Shown in pieces: positions 1 to 11,900 of a stretch of 64,000 nt of DNA. The notes beneath the pieces were generated by a model that saw only the letters and a list, made by a program, of their open reading frames with translations, was not told the DNA's origin and did no database searches. Location: the IMG/VR virus record IMGVR_UViG_3300009671_000010, positions 32,001 through 96,000 of that record; one strand, given 5' to 3'. The stretch comes from a virus. Taxonomy: Duplodnaviria > Caudoviricetes. How positions within the stretch are numbered: the first letter of the stretch is position 1; each line of letters starts with the position of its first letter. A program made the translations under genes and the position numbers.

Positions 1-3000
1 ATTAATAAATATGAGCAAAGAATTTTACAAAGGTTTAATGATAATAGACCTGTGAATAATAATACTCCTTATTATTCAATGGGTAGGGGTATCGAAGGTA
101 TTGGACAGTATTTAGGTACTTCTATGGATCGTTTAACAGAAATCATGGGAGAAATAACTCCATTTAAAAAAGATCCTGTTAATCACTTCGGACTATTAGG
201 TGGCGCAAAATATTTATCAGGAACAGTATTTAAAATAGCAGCTGCTACTACCGCTTATAGAATTGCAGATACAGCTATTGCGGCAAATCCTTTATTCGAT
301 AATTCTTCATTTGATGATGGTATTACTGGTATGACGGCTGATCAACTTGCTAAAGCCCGATTATTCAGTGCAAAAGTTGGCGATACAATCGGATTAACTG
401 GTGCAATGAAATATCTCGAGGGTTTGATGCCTGGATCAACATCAACTATTCCTGGTTTAATAGCTGGTGCTGCTATGGGAACTTTTACTAAGACTAGTCC
501 ATTCGGAATGATTAAGGCTATGGCTGCAGGAGCTTTAATAAATAGGGTGGCAGATCCATATATTCCAGACTTTAGTAAAGATTATCAACAAGTAAGAAGA
601 GAATATTCTGGTGAAGAAAAAGTTCCAATGATGAAATCTCCTACTTGGTTACTCGGTTCTACTCCATGGGAAGGTAGTAAAGTAGCAGGATATAGACCTA
701 ACTGGTATGTTAGAGCCAAATCTAGGTGGGAAGCCTCTGATACGATGTATGGAAGTGAATTTAGAGCACTTATACATAAACCAATATTTCCACTTGGATT
801 TAATATCGGTGATATAATTGATCCTTACTACATGGAACGCCGCCACTACTTCGATCGTCCCTATCCAAAGTGTCTTTTTGGAAGTGCTAAAGTAGTTACT
901 GTTAATGGTATTAAGAAAATTAAGGATATCGATATTGGTGATTATGTATATGATATAAACGGTTCTGTTACAAAAGTTATCAATGTACTTAAACGTAAGG
1001 TAAATTATAATGATACAATTTTTTCTATGAGGGTTATTGGTCAGGAAGAAGATTTGATACTTACTTCTGATCATAAAATTCCTATTATAAGGGATAAAAA
1101 ATGTATTTTTAAATCACAACATAATAAGAGTTGCACAGGTAATGATAAAGGAATTTGTAGATATTGTACTAAAAAACGTAAAGATTTTGATATTAGTTGG
1201 GTAGAAGCTAAGGATATAAATATTGGTGATTTTTTGGTGAAAAAACCAATAAATCCTGAATATTTAGGATCCACTATAGATATTTCATTATATGTACAAA
1301 GACCATTTGATATTAAAGAAAATAAAATTTTCATTAAAGATAAACTAGGTAGATATACTGGAGATAGTTTTAATAGATACTGGGATATTGATAACGATTT
1401 AGCTTATTATTTTGGTTTATATTTATCAGAAGGATGGCTTGGTAAACAAAGGGGAAAATATATATCTGTTAATACCGTTCATAATAAAAAAGAATTTGAT
1501 CATATTAATAGAATAATTAATAATATATCAAAAAAATATAATTTAAAGTTTTCATATAAAGATTTTGGAACACATGTAAACTTTTATATATTTGATTATA
1601 TTTTTTCTGATATAATATATGGTTTATTTAATTGTGGTTCTGCTACTAAGAGTGTAAAATTTTTTACTAAAGAATTAGATAGAAAAATATTAGCTGGTTT
1701 ATTTTATGGAGATGGTCATTATGATAAAACACATGTTGTTTTAACCAGTATTAATATGAATTTGATTAATTTCGCAACCATAGTTCTAGAAAATGATTTT
1801 ATTTCTACATGTTTGAAGAAACACTGTGATAATGGTCATCAGTCGTACAGGTTATCATTTTCATATTCATACTTAGATGATTATAGATTGTTATTCGATA
1901 TTAATCATAAAAATGAGAACATATTAACTTCTAATAAGAAGTTACATTTAATTTATTTTAGGAATGGTTATCTTCTTAAAAGAATTATTAAAAAAGAGGA
2001 GATAGAGTATAATGATTTTCTATATGACCTTACTGTAGAATCACCAACACATAGTTTTTCTCTTTATGAATTTATTGTCCATAATTCAGGTAGATTATTT
2101 TCCGAGGTTCCTATTATAGGTGATCTTTTAACTCCTATTGGTAGAATTTTAAAACCCGAGAAAACAATGCATCAGGAGTTCTTACAAGGAGAATGGGCTG
2201 GAACAACTGATGGTGATAATCCTTCTATGGCTTCTTTACCACCTCCAACATATCAACAAAATATGTTTATGATGAACCAGGGAAGTGGTGCTAGAAGTCT
2301 TGGAAGAATTACTGCAAATGGTGGCAATTATACAACTGGGGGAATAACTCCTTGGTCTAAAGTTATTCAAGGTAAAGTTTTCGGAGATGTAACTGAAGCA
2401 ATGGGTTTACCTGGATTTTTAGCAAGAACAACTGCAGAAAAAGTATTTGGTGAACCAGAAGTAATTCCTACACTTGAATCAGCTGGAAGAATGGCTTCTA
2501 TGACAAGATCTTTTTATGATAAGAATCTTGGTGGTATGGGATCACTATGTTTACCAGCTTATGAAAAGATTTTAACACCAAGTGGTTTTATTATGTCTGA
2601 AGATATTAATATAGGTGACATAGTCTATGATAATTTTTATACTGAGCAAAAAGTTGTTAACAAATTTTCGAGATTATGTAGTGAAAATGAAAATTTATAC
2701 ACAATTACTATGGGAGCTGGTAAGACTACGATTTCTATGACTGATGAACATCCTGTTGCCATATATAAAAGAATTTCATGTAATGATAATAAAAAAAGAC
2801 CATGTATACCAAATTACTCAAAAAAATGTTTGACTTGTTCTAAACGTAATAGTCCTATTCATTGGAATTGGACAGCAGCAAAAAATATAAGTGTGGGTGA
2901 TTTTGGTGTTGTTCCTTTACCAAAAATTAAATCATTTAACTATATAGATTTAGCTAAGTATAGTGGTTATGTGTACACTGATAAATATATATATTTTCGT

Positions 3001-5994
3001 GCAACTTTAGAATACGCCAAAGGACTTGAGTTACTTGAAAATAATATTTGTAAAACAAGAAAAGATTTAAGAAATTATATATCTGATAACATAGCTAAAG
3101 AAGTTATCAGATGCTATCGATACCATAATTTTTCTAGAGTACGTATCCCTAGATTTATTAGTATTGATGAAGATTTTTGTTATTTTATGGGATGGTGGTT
3201 AGCTGAAGGTTCATCTGATATTAAAACTGGAAATATATGTTTTACATTAAATATTAATGAAATAAATATTGCACAAAAACTTGGAGAAATTTATAAAAGA
3301 TTTTCAAATTGTTCATATAATATTAAAATTATTAAAGAAAAAAATACTTGTATTTTATCACTTAAAAATAAAGCACTTTCATTATACTTAAAAACCTATG
3401 GTAATGTATATACAAAACAACTAAATGATTTAATTTATTTACCAGATAAATTAGCTATTTCATTATTAGATGGTTTGATAAATGGTGATGGGTGGATCAA
3501 TTATGATTTACAAAGAGGTGGATTTACATCTGTGTCTGAACGACTTGTTAGAGATATATGGTTATTATTATATAGATTAGGTGTACAATCTACTATTATT
3601 TTAAATTATAAAGAGCATCCAAATGGTTATTATCCTCAAGGAACACTAAGACACATAACTACGCGATCTTGTCTTAAATTTAATAAGGATGGTTTTATTA
3701 ATTTATCGAAATGTTTTTCCACTGGAGTTTCGAATGGAGTTATATCAAATGGAAGAGTTTTTACAACAACAGAATATCTGTTTATACAGATAACTGATAT
3801 AAATTTTGTTAATTATTCTGGAAAACCTGTATATGACATAGAAGTTGAAAACTCACATTGTTTTATTGGTAATTATATATTATTACATAATTCTGAACCA
3901 ATAAGAAGACTTTTATCTAAAGAAGAATATAATGAATATCAGGTTAATCCAATACCTAATATGATGCCAAACTTTCTACCTAGTCAATTTCTTACAGGAG
4001 ATCCTTATTCTTCCATTCAAAATGGAGAATTAAGATTACCAGGTAAAGCGTATATGCTAACTAATCCAGATTTAAAACAGAGTATGCCAGGTAGAGCAAG
4101 TAGTTTAGGTGCACCATTGGAAAATATAGTTCAATATTTTACTGGTTTATTACCCCCTAATTTAAAAGAAGAATATGATATATTAGAAACTGGTACATTA
4201 TGGCATAGTAAAATACAGGATACTTTAGCTGCAGAAGGATTGCTTATTAAAGCAGAGGCACTGGTATATGATGTTAAAAATGACATATCAGGACACGTGG
4301 ATGCTATTATTAGAGATGGACAAGGTGGTAAAGGAAGAAGAGCGTTAGAAATAAAAACTATCAGCAATAAAGGATTTGAAAAGCTTGATGCTCCGAAGGA
4401 TCAACATATAGGACAACTTAATTTCTATTTACATCAACTTAGATTTAATAATGGAACTATTTTATATATTAATAGAGATAACCCATCTCAAGTTAAAACA
4501 TTCGAGTTAACTTATAATAAAAACAGATGGGAAAGGGATGTTCAAAAACTACAGCGGGCAAGACAGATAGCTAGAGATATGATGAAAGATGATGTCAGTG
4601 ATACTTTAGGTTATTCCTATTCGTGGCTTGATAGATTAAATATCTTATCTGATGTTGCTCCGATGTCTAATGAATTTAAAGAAGCCAAACAGATTGTTAT
4701 GGCTCAAATTAAGGCTGGTCAATTTACACAAAAAGATATCGATAAATATCATAGAATATTAAAACAACAAAAAGCAAGAGCTAGATCATATGAATTATAT
4801 CCATTAAGATTTAAAGGTAAAGTAATGTCTCCTGACAGTGAGTCTAATATACAATCCATTAATGAGAACATAAAAGCATCTTCAGAATATACTTTACCAG
4901 AAAGATTAATTGGAAGTGCATGGGAAACATTCACAAATTCCAGTAACCCCGCAGTTAATAAATTTTGGGCATTTAAGGATCCACTTGAACATTATAAAGA
5001 AAAGAAATTATATGGTCGTGAGTATACACCGTGGGATGAACCGTATAGAAGCTGGATTGACCCATATATTAGAACTTCTCTTAGTAAAACAAGTACTGTA
5101 GGTGGCGGAGTTTCATGGGGAACTACTGGTTATGTATTTGGAGGTGAGTTTGGAGCTTTTGCTGGAAGTATATTAGGAGCAATGTATGGTACTGTAAATG
5201 GGCTATTTAGATCTGCTTCTAATAGTGCTTATATTCCATCAGAGGTAAAAAATCAAAGAAGAATAAATGAATATTTTGATAAGCTTAAATATGAACGTTC
5301 TAATATGATGTCATCTTTAACTATGGGTAACGTTCGTAATGAATTTTTAGCTCAAAGATCTGCTACTATGTATGCATTTAATAATGAGTCTGATCCATCT
5401 GTTGGTAATTTATTTAGAGCAGCAAGTCCATCAGAAAAACCATATCTACAATCATGGATAAATACAACTGATTCTGGTGAAAGAAATGAAATTTTAAAAC
5501 TTGTTCCAAATGATTTAGGGAGTGCACTTAAGAAGGTATGGGGTAAAAATGATGGTAAAACATTTACTAGAAACAGAATTGATAATATAAGTTCTGATAT
5601 GTCTGGAAATCAACAGAATTTTAATTTTGATGCATCTTTGATGGACCCAAGAATTAACGTGGATGATATAAAATTAAAAGCAATAGAGGATTATGGATAT
5701 AATTGTCATGATTTTGGTTTAGGCTGGAATGAACAAATGTTGAGAATAAAAGAATCAGAACTCAACATACCAAAATCTAATTTAAATGATGATATACCAT
5801 ATACTCCAAATTTATCATCAACGCAAATACGAGGTCAGATATATGAATTACTTCATCAGAGTGGTATTAAATGTAACGTAAATGTCTATATTAATAATAT
5901 GGATGGTCCCAATGTTGTTAATTTAACAGTAAGAAGAGATAGATCACTTGTAGCAATTAATGCATTAAGAAATAGAAGAAAGTATGGAGTTTAA
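1..5994 (+). CDS. Giant virion-associated (tape-measure/ejected-type) protein, 5'-truncated, with two inteins and a PD-(D/E)xK nuclease domain
   Basis: Frame is open from base 1 (ATT AAT AAA TAT...), so the true start lies upstream of the window. Gly/Ala-rich hydrophobic helices; two C...HN/S inteins; motif GTLWH...E...ISGHVDAII...LEIKT...QLNFY at about 4190-4480; lies upstream of baseplate genes. Confidence 0.7.
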   Translation: MNKYEQRILQRFNDNRPVNNNTPYYSMGRGIEGIGQYLGTSMDRLTEIMGEITPFKKDPVNHFGLLGGAKYLSGTVFKIAAATTAYRIADTAIAANPLFDNSSFDDGITGMTADQLAKARLFSAKVGDTIGLTGAMKYLEGLMPGSTSTIPGLIAGAAMGTFTKTSPFGMIKAMAAGALINRVADPYIPDFSKDYQQVRREYSGEEKVPMMKSPTWLLGSTPWEGSKVAGYRPNWYVRAKSRWEASDTMYGSEFRALIHKPIFPLGFNIGDIIDPYYMERRHYFDRPYPKCLFGSAKVVTVNGIKKIKDIDIGDYVYDINGSVTKVINVLKRKVNYNDTIFSMRVIGQEEDLILTSDHKIPIIRDKKCIFKSQHNKSCTGNDKGICRYCTKKRKDFDISWVEAKDINIGDFLVKKPINPEYLGSTIDISLYVQRPFDIKENKIFIKDKLGRYTGDSFNRYWDIDNDLAYYFGLYLSEGWLGKQRGKYISVNTVHNKKEFDHINRIINNISKKYNLKFSYKDFGTHVNFYIFDYIFSDIIYGLFNCGSATKSVKFFTKELDRKILAGLFYGDGHYDKTHVVLTSINMNLINFATIVLENDFISTCLKKHCDNGHQSYRLSFSYSYLDDYRLLFDINHKNENILTSNKKLHLIYFRNGYLLKRIIKKEEIEYNDFLYDLTVESPTHSFSLYEFIVHNSGRLFSEVPIIGDLLTPIGRILKPEKTMHQEFLQGEWAGTTDGDNPSMASLPPPTYQQNMFMMNQGSGARSLGRITANGGNYTTGGITPWSKVIQGKVFGDVTEAMGLPGFLARTTAEKVFGEPEVIPTLESAGRMASMTRSFYDKNLGGMGSLCLPAYEKILTPSGFIMSEDINIGDIVYDNFYTEQKVVNKFSRLCSENENLYTITMGAGKTTISMTDEHPVAIYKRISCNDNKKRPCIPNYSKKCLTCSKRNSPIHWNWTAAKNISVGDFGVVPLPKIKSFNYIDLAKYSGYVYTDKYIYFRATLEYAKGLELLENNICKTRKDLRNYISDNIAKEVIRCYRYHNFSRVRIPRFISIDEDFCYFMGWWLAEGSSDIKTGNICFTLNINEINIAQKLGEIYKRFSNCSYNIKIIKEKNTCILSLKNKALSLYLKTYGNVYTKQLNDLIYLPDKLAISLLDGLINGDGWINYDLQRGGFTSVSERLVRDIWLLLYRLGVQSTIILNYKEHPNGYYPQGTLRHITTRSCLKFNKDGFINLSKCFSTGVSNGVISNGRVFTTTEYLFIQITDINFVNYSGKPVYDIEVENSHCFIGNYILLHNSEPIRRLLSKEEYNEYQVNPIPNMMPNFLPSQFLTGDPYSSIQNGELRLPGKAYMLTNPDLKQSMPGRASSLGAPLENIVQYFTGLLPPNLKEEYDILETGTLWHSKIQDTLAAEGLLIKAEALVYDVKNDISGHVDAIIRDGQGGKGRRALEIKTISNKGFEKLDAPKDQHIGQLNFYLHQLRFNNGTILYINRDNPSQVKTFELTYNKNRWERDVQKLQRARQIARDMMKDDVSDTLGYSYSWLDRLNILSDVAPMSNEFKEAKQIVMAQIKAGQFTQKDIDKYHRILKQQKARARSYELYPLRFKGKVMSPDSESNIQSINENIKASSEYTLPERLIGSAWETFTNSSNPAVNKFWAFKDPLEHYKEKKLYGREYTPWDEPYRSWIDPYIRTSLSKTSTVGGGVSWGTTGYVFGGEFGAFAGSILGAMYGTVNGLFRSASNSAYIPSEVKNQRRINEYFDKLKYERSNMMSSLTMGNVRNEFLAQRSATMYAFNNESDPSVGNLFRAASPSEKPYLQSWINTTDSGERNEILKLVPNDLGSALKKVWGKNDGKTFTRNRIDNISSDMSGNQQNFNFDASLMDPRINVDDIKLKAIEDYGYNCHDFGLGWNEQMLRIKESELNIPKSNLNDDIPYTPNLSSTQIRGQIYELLHQSGIKCNVNVYINNMDGPNVVNLTVRRDRSLVAINALRNRRKYGV
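871..2085 (+). mobile_element. Intein 1 with LAGLIDADG homing endonuclease (405 aa)
   Basis: N-terminal CLFGSAKVVT, block B LTSDHKI, endonuclease motifs GLYLSEG and LAGLFYGDG, C-terminal YDLTVE...FIVHN followed by Ser. Confidence 0.93.
2548..3891 (+). mobile_element. Intein 2 with LAGLIDADG homing endonuclease (448 aa)
   Basis: N-terminal CLPAYEKILT, block B MTDEHPV, motifs GWWLAEG and LDGLINGDG, C-terminal VYDIEVENSHCF...LLHN followed by Ser. Confidence 0.93.
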
Positions 5995-8900
5995 ATTGGC
6001 TTTATTCAAAAATGATGATAAAAAAGAAAAAGATAAATTCTGGTTTGTTAAAGTTGCTACTAATGCAGCTATTGCTGGTGGAGCTTTTTATGGATTTAAA
6101 AAGGTAAAAGGACCAGCTGGATCAATCATTAAAAAAATTACAGATACAAATATAAATACAACTGTTGAAAAAGAAGCAGCTAAATACATTAAAACTTCAG
6201 AAGAATTTTCTAATGGTTACAATCCTTTTGATGAAGATGATTTAATTAATCCAAATATTCCAGATCAAATGATGACAATGACTGAATCTCTTATAAGTTC
6301 TAGTGAGGATAGTCTTATATCTGAAATAAATACTCTCAGTAATACTGATAAAGAATTTGGTGAAAAGTTTTCTATTTTCTACTCTAGATTTAATAGTCTT
6401 GAAAAATATGCAATTTCATATGGTCTTGATGGTGAAGATGCACATATAATTTTAGCACTTAGATCTGTTGTTCAAAAAGCACTTGCAAATGGCGTAGTTG
6501 ATGATAGTATTATTTCTAAGGTTAATTCATTACATGAAAAGTATTTAAAGCAAAACGCTTATGGTGTTTTATATCAAAGCCAATTACATCATCTTAAAAA
6601 TAATGCCAGGAAAGTTGTATTTGATAATATGTCATCGAAAGATGTATTAAAAAAATCAATTCTTGGTGATGTTACAACTGACTTAAGTTCTAAAGTAGAA
6701 TCACATCTTCTTGCTGATTTATTTAAAAGGAATAAATCTATCGAGGAATTTGTTCCTGGACAGATTAACAGTGCTCTTACACATGAGCTTGGTTCAACTA
6801 TATCTTCTTTCAAAAAAACAGTTGACTATAATCCACTACTTACAAGGATAGATGACAAACTTAGTTTAATCGAAGCAAAACCAAATTCCAGTATTACTTC
6901 ACATGCTATTCAAATAGCTAGAGATACAAATGGAAAACAGTGGGCTCATATAAATATAACTTTAAATAGCGGGAAGACACACACATTGGAAGTTCCACTT
7001 GCAAAAAATATGATTGTTCCAGGTTCAAATTCAACTGTAAGTTCATATGTTGATATGTTATTCACATTTGGTGGATCTCCAGCAAGTCCATATCAAAATG
7101 TGAAAAGTGCATTAAATTCAAGTGAATATATATTACATACAATATCAAAAAGACTTGATACTAATTCTTCTTTTATGAGTGAGTTTATTAGTGATACTAG
7201 TAATGCTATTCATAGATTAAATAATGAAATTAATGGAATACTTGATAACCTTACAATATATCAAGGTAAACCTGGTCAGTTGATATTACAATTATATAAT
7301 CCAGAATATGATAAACTTTTACATCAAAATGGTGAAGCTGGTCAAAGACAATATGACAAAATGAATCGTGCATTAAATAATATGTCTATGATGAATAGAA
7401 TGGTTCAATATAAAAAAGAAATAAAAAGTGGTAGAATTGGACGTGTATTTATAGTATCATTGGATACAGAAACGATAATGGCATCACAAACACATATACC
7501 TGGTTTAGAACACACTGCTAGAAATCCACAAACTCACTTAGTACAAATTGGTATTGACATAGCAGAGGTTAACAATTCTATGACTCCTAAAGTAGTGGAA
7601 TCTAAAAGATTTTATAGTGATCATGCTACTAATGCTTTGAAAAAAGATAATCTTTTTGATACAAAACAAATGGAATTCATACGTAAGGTTACACCTGGAG
7701 TTGATGCAAGTACAAGTATTGATGAAGTTATAAGCAAATATACTGAACATATTAAATTAAAAACTGATCAAACTGGAACGCGTGCTGCTAATGATACACA
7801 ATTTGCAGACAGTCTTTTAGATTATCTTGATCAATTCTTTGAACACAGTAAAACTGGTAAACTTGGTATTAATGATAAAGTTGTTATAGTTACAAAAAAT
7901 GGTCAACAATATGATTTACCATTGATTAAATTACATGCTACTAAAATGAAATGGAATAAATTTGAACGTAAATATAAAAATATGATTGATACTGGTTCTC
8001 TTGGGGTAATAGAATCAAAATATAATTTCGATGATAGTCCCCTTGGATTGGATTCCGTTATGAAAGGTATTCTTAATAGAACAGGTTTTGGAGATCCGAA
8101 TGTCGATTTTAATAATCCTAAAGTCATAGGAAGTGTATTAGATCATTTTGAAAGAAAAGGTTATCTTACAATTGATAATAATGTTAAAAAACAATTACAG
8201 GGTGCACTAACTCAAACGCATGGTGAAGCAGTAGTGGATGCATTATTTAACATAGTCATATATCAGGATATGTTTCTAAAGGCATCTACTAAAAGAGGGA
8301 TTTGGGATACATCTACACAATTAAAATTAAGAAAAGTAAATGATATGTTTCATGGATCTGCTTCTATTTATGAAAATGTTTTAACTAGAATGGAAAATGA
8401 CTCAGCTTATTTTAATGGGAAATTATTTACTGGATTTTTATCATCTGCTAATAGAGCTACAAAGGGTGCCTTGTATGAAGAATCAGCTGGAGCATTGTAT
8501 GCTTTTGGAGGTGGGTCTAACTTATCTAAACAGATATATCAAAATTTATCTGGACATACATTATCACGAAATATAAACATATCACCAAAAAAAGGTAGAA
8601 ACATTTTTAGAAAAACACTAACTACATTACCCGCTGTTGAATTACATCTAAAAAGAGAAAAAGCAAATAAACAAGCTGGTCTATATAGAGGTAAAGGAGT
8701 AACTCATAACAGTATAACTGTTAAATCAGCTCAAGTTATTTACTCTGCTGCAGAAACTGAAGGTTTGGCAATTTTATCTACTGACATAGCTAAGCAGGTT
8801 AATGTATTACATGATATGAATGTAAATATTAGTTCTATTAATTTTAGCGGAAATAGTACAGATGTAGGACCTCGTATTGATAAGTTTAAAAATATATTAT

Positions 8901-11900
8901 TAGATGCAATGTTAAATGAAAAGAGTAGTAAGCCAGGAAGTATAATTGATATTAATAGATTAGCAAAAAGAATTGCTTCGAGACCCGATATTAATCTTGC
9001 TAGACTACCGCGAGGTACTACTATTGGATCAGGTGATCTTGGACAGATTATATTGAAACATACAGCTAATATTGAGGATTTTGAAATTACACCAATAGAT
9101 GTTAATGGTAGAATTGATTTGGATATACGTGTAAAAATATCAAGAAAGGCTAGGGTTGATGGAAGTGAAGCATGGAAGGCTCGTGATATAAGTGGAAATA
9201 AATCTGTTCTTACATACTCTGATCCAAGTCAAAAAATAAATGGATTATATGGACATGATTTTAGAACTGAAGCAAAATGGATAAAAGATGGTAATGTTTC
9301 AGCTTTTAAAGATTCAGCTGTAAATAAAATTATAGGCACATTACAAGAACAAATTTATTCTGGTGATAGAAAACAATCTATACAAGCTAAATGGCAATTA
9401 AGAAAATTTGCAAGGGAAATTGGCGCTGACATAGTTAAAGATGAATTAATACTTAATCCTTATAAAATGAAAAAAACTAAGTATAAGCATTTGGGTAAAA
9501 AGGAAGAACAGCTTGCACACGCTATTTATGGGGCTCTAGACATCAGTTTAGATACAATCAATAGGTATATGAAGCCTGTTGGCAGTACGTGGTCTAGTGA
9601 GCGTTTAAAGGAGTTTTATGCTAATTTTGGAGGCGGGGATTATAATAAAGGTAGAAGTATTGCTAAAAGATTAGCTGATTCAATGTATGATAAAGCTGTT
9701 TCTAAATTAAAAAATGCAAGTCAGGAAGCATTATATTCAGTTAGTAAAGGTGATGTTTTAAAGGTAGAAGAAGAATATAGAAGAATAGCTGATTCTATAT
9801 ATCAACCAAAAGAAGGCGATACAATTTTTGCTGAATGGGCTAACTCTGATCCTAATGTCAAAAGTTCACATAAATCACTTATATTCTCCTCATTCAGTGA
9901 AATAAGTTTACATTCAGGTAGTATCACTGGAGAAGGTTTCGGATATCATACATTAAAAATGAGTAATAATGTAGTAGATCATATTCTTAGGTCAGATTAT
10001 ATTTCAAAAACTACTAAGGATATGGTTTCCAGTAATAGAGTCTATTATAGAGATGATATAAAGGCGAAAGCTAAAAAATCATTGGATAAATTTAAAAGAG
10101 AAGTATTTGCTGAAGCTTCTATGGCAACACATCTTGATCTTAATGAAATTAATAAATTATTATCTAGACCTGGGACTGAAATGCTTTCTTCTAATAATTT
10201 GGCAAAAAGTATTGATGAAGAGTTGAAAAAAAATATAGCTGGTTATAATATAGAAGCAGATGATATTCTTATTGATGTTAAAGATTCTATGATGACAACG
10301 ATTGAAAAATATAAAGATCATCTAGTTATGATTGATAATGAACTTGATGATCCAGAAAAATTTAGAGAGTATAAAGAAAAACTTGTTTCAAATATTATTT
10401 CACATCATAGAATGGAAACTGCTTTAAAAAAACAAAGTAAATTCGTTACCTATGAAGAAACAAGTGTATGGGCAAAAATGGCTAAAGAGCATAATAATAT
10501 TTTTAGGATTAGTAATAGTGTATCTGGTTTACCAGCAGTATTTGATATTGATATGAATAAAACCTTTAATTCTATTTATGGATCTACAAATTATTCTAAG
10601 CAACAGAAAAATTTATTTGTTAAAATGCTTAATGATATGTTAAAATATCAGCAAAAAAATAAAGTCGATGGACCAATTATATCTATTGATGGAGATAATG
10701 TTAAACTTAGAGAATTATTTATACCAGCACATGATGTAGCAGCAAACATAGCTGACAAAGTTGCTGGACCAATTGCTAGGGAAACTCCAGAAACATATAG
10801 TTCTAAAAGATTCTTACAATCAGTTGTATCTTATGCTAATGGTTTAACTATGCAGGGATGGACAGATGTTAATGCTAAAAGTTCCTATGAAACTATGATT
10901 AAGTTCTGGACTATGCATATTCTTGATACAACTATTGGTAATAAATCTGTATATGGTCAATGGCAGTCATCTAATTTAAAAGTTCAACAGTTTAAATCAA
11001 AAGGTGCTGAAAATTTATATATACAGGCACTTGAAATAAAAAATGCAGGAGGTATGAAAGCTATAGCCAAAGATAAAAATGTATCAGCTGATTATATACG
11101 TAGAGGTAATGAGATTCTTGAACAAATTTTAAATTCAAAATTTAATACTACATTCATATCAGAGACTGCATTTAAAAAAATGAAAGTTGACATAGGTGCG
11201 GGATTATCTACATCGTCAGAATCATATCTCAAGTCATTATCTACTAAGCAGGATAATCTATATAAAAGAATAGTTTCTGGTGAACAGAAAATGATTGGTT
11301 TTTCTACTCGTTATCCAAATGAACCACAGGGACAACACGCAATGATGGATACCATGATTCAGGTTATACCTGATGAATATAAAAAATATTTCCTAATGGA
11401 TGACTGGAGTGCATATACATATGATATATTTACTCAAATGATTAAGATGGACCATGATGGTGATGTTAATAACATCGGTTTAACCAATGTTAATACTATT
11501 GAAAAATTTAGGACTCACCGTAAAGAAATAAAGAATAAATCAAAATTATTATTTCAAAAAATTACTAATGTTATAGAAAAGCAAAAATATGATTATCATA
11601 CATGGATGAGACCTATAGGACTTGATGAAAATGGTGTTATGGATATACTTACATTTGATAAAGTAACCTATAGTCCCAGGGTTATAAAAAAAGAACTAAC
11701 TCAAGCATCTACTGATGAATTAGCTGAATTATTTGCTGGAGACAATATGTCAGCTTTTATTGCTGGATATGGTACTCAACTTCCTGAATTCATGACTGGT
11801 AGAGGATTAAATGCTATTAGGGTTCAAGCTGCATCGGCTGCTGCCACTAAAGATACTATGGGTATTGCAACCAATAGTGTAATGCGTGCAAACATAGCTA

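Noticed and set aside
4160-4560. Cas4/CRISPR adaptation gene
   Set aside because: No Fe-S cysteines, no other cas genes and no repeat-spacer array seen; treated as a generic RecB-type domain.
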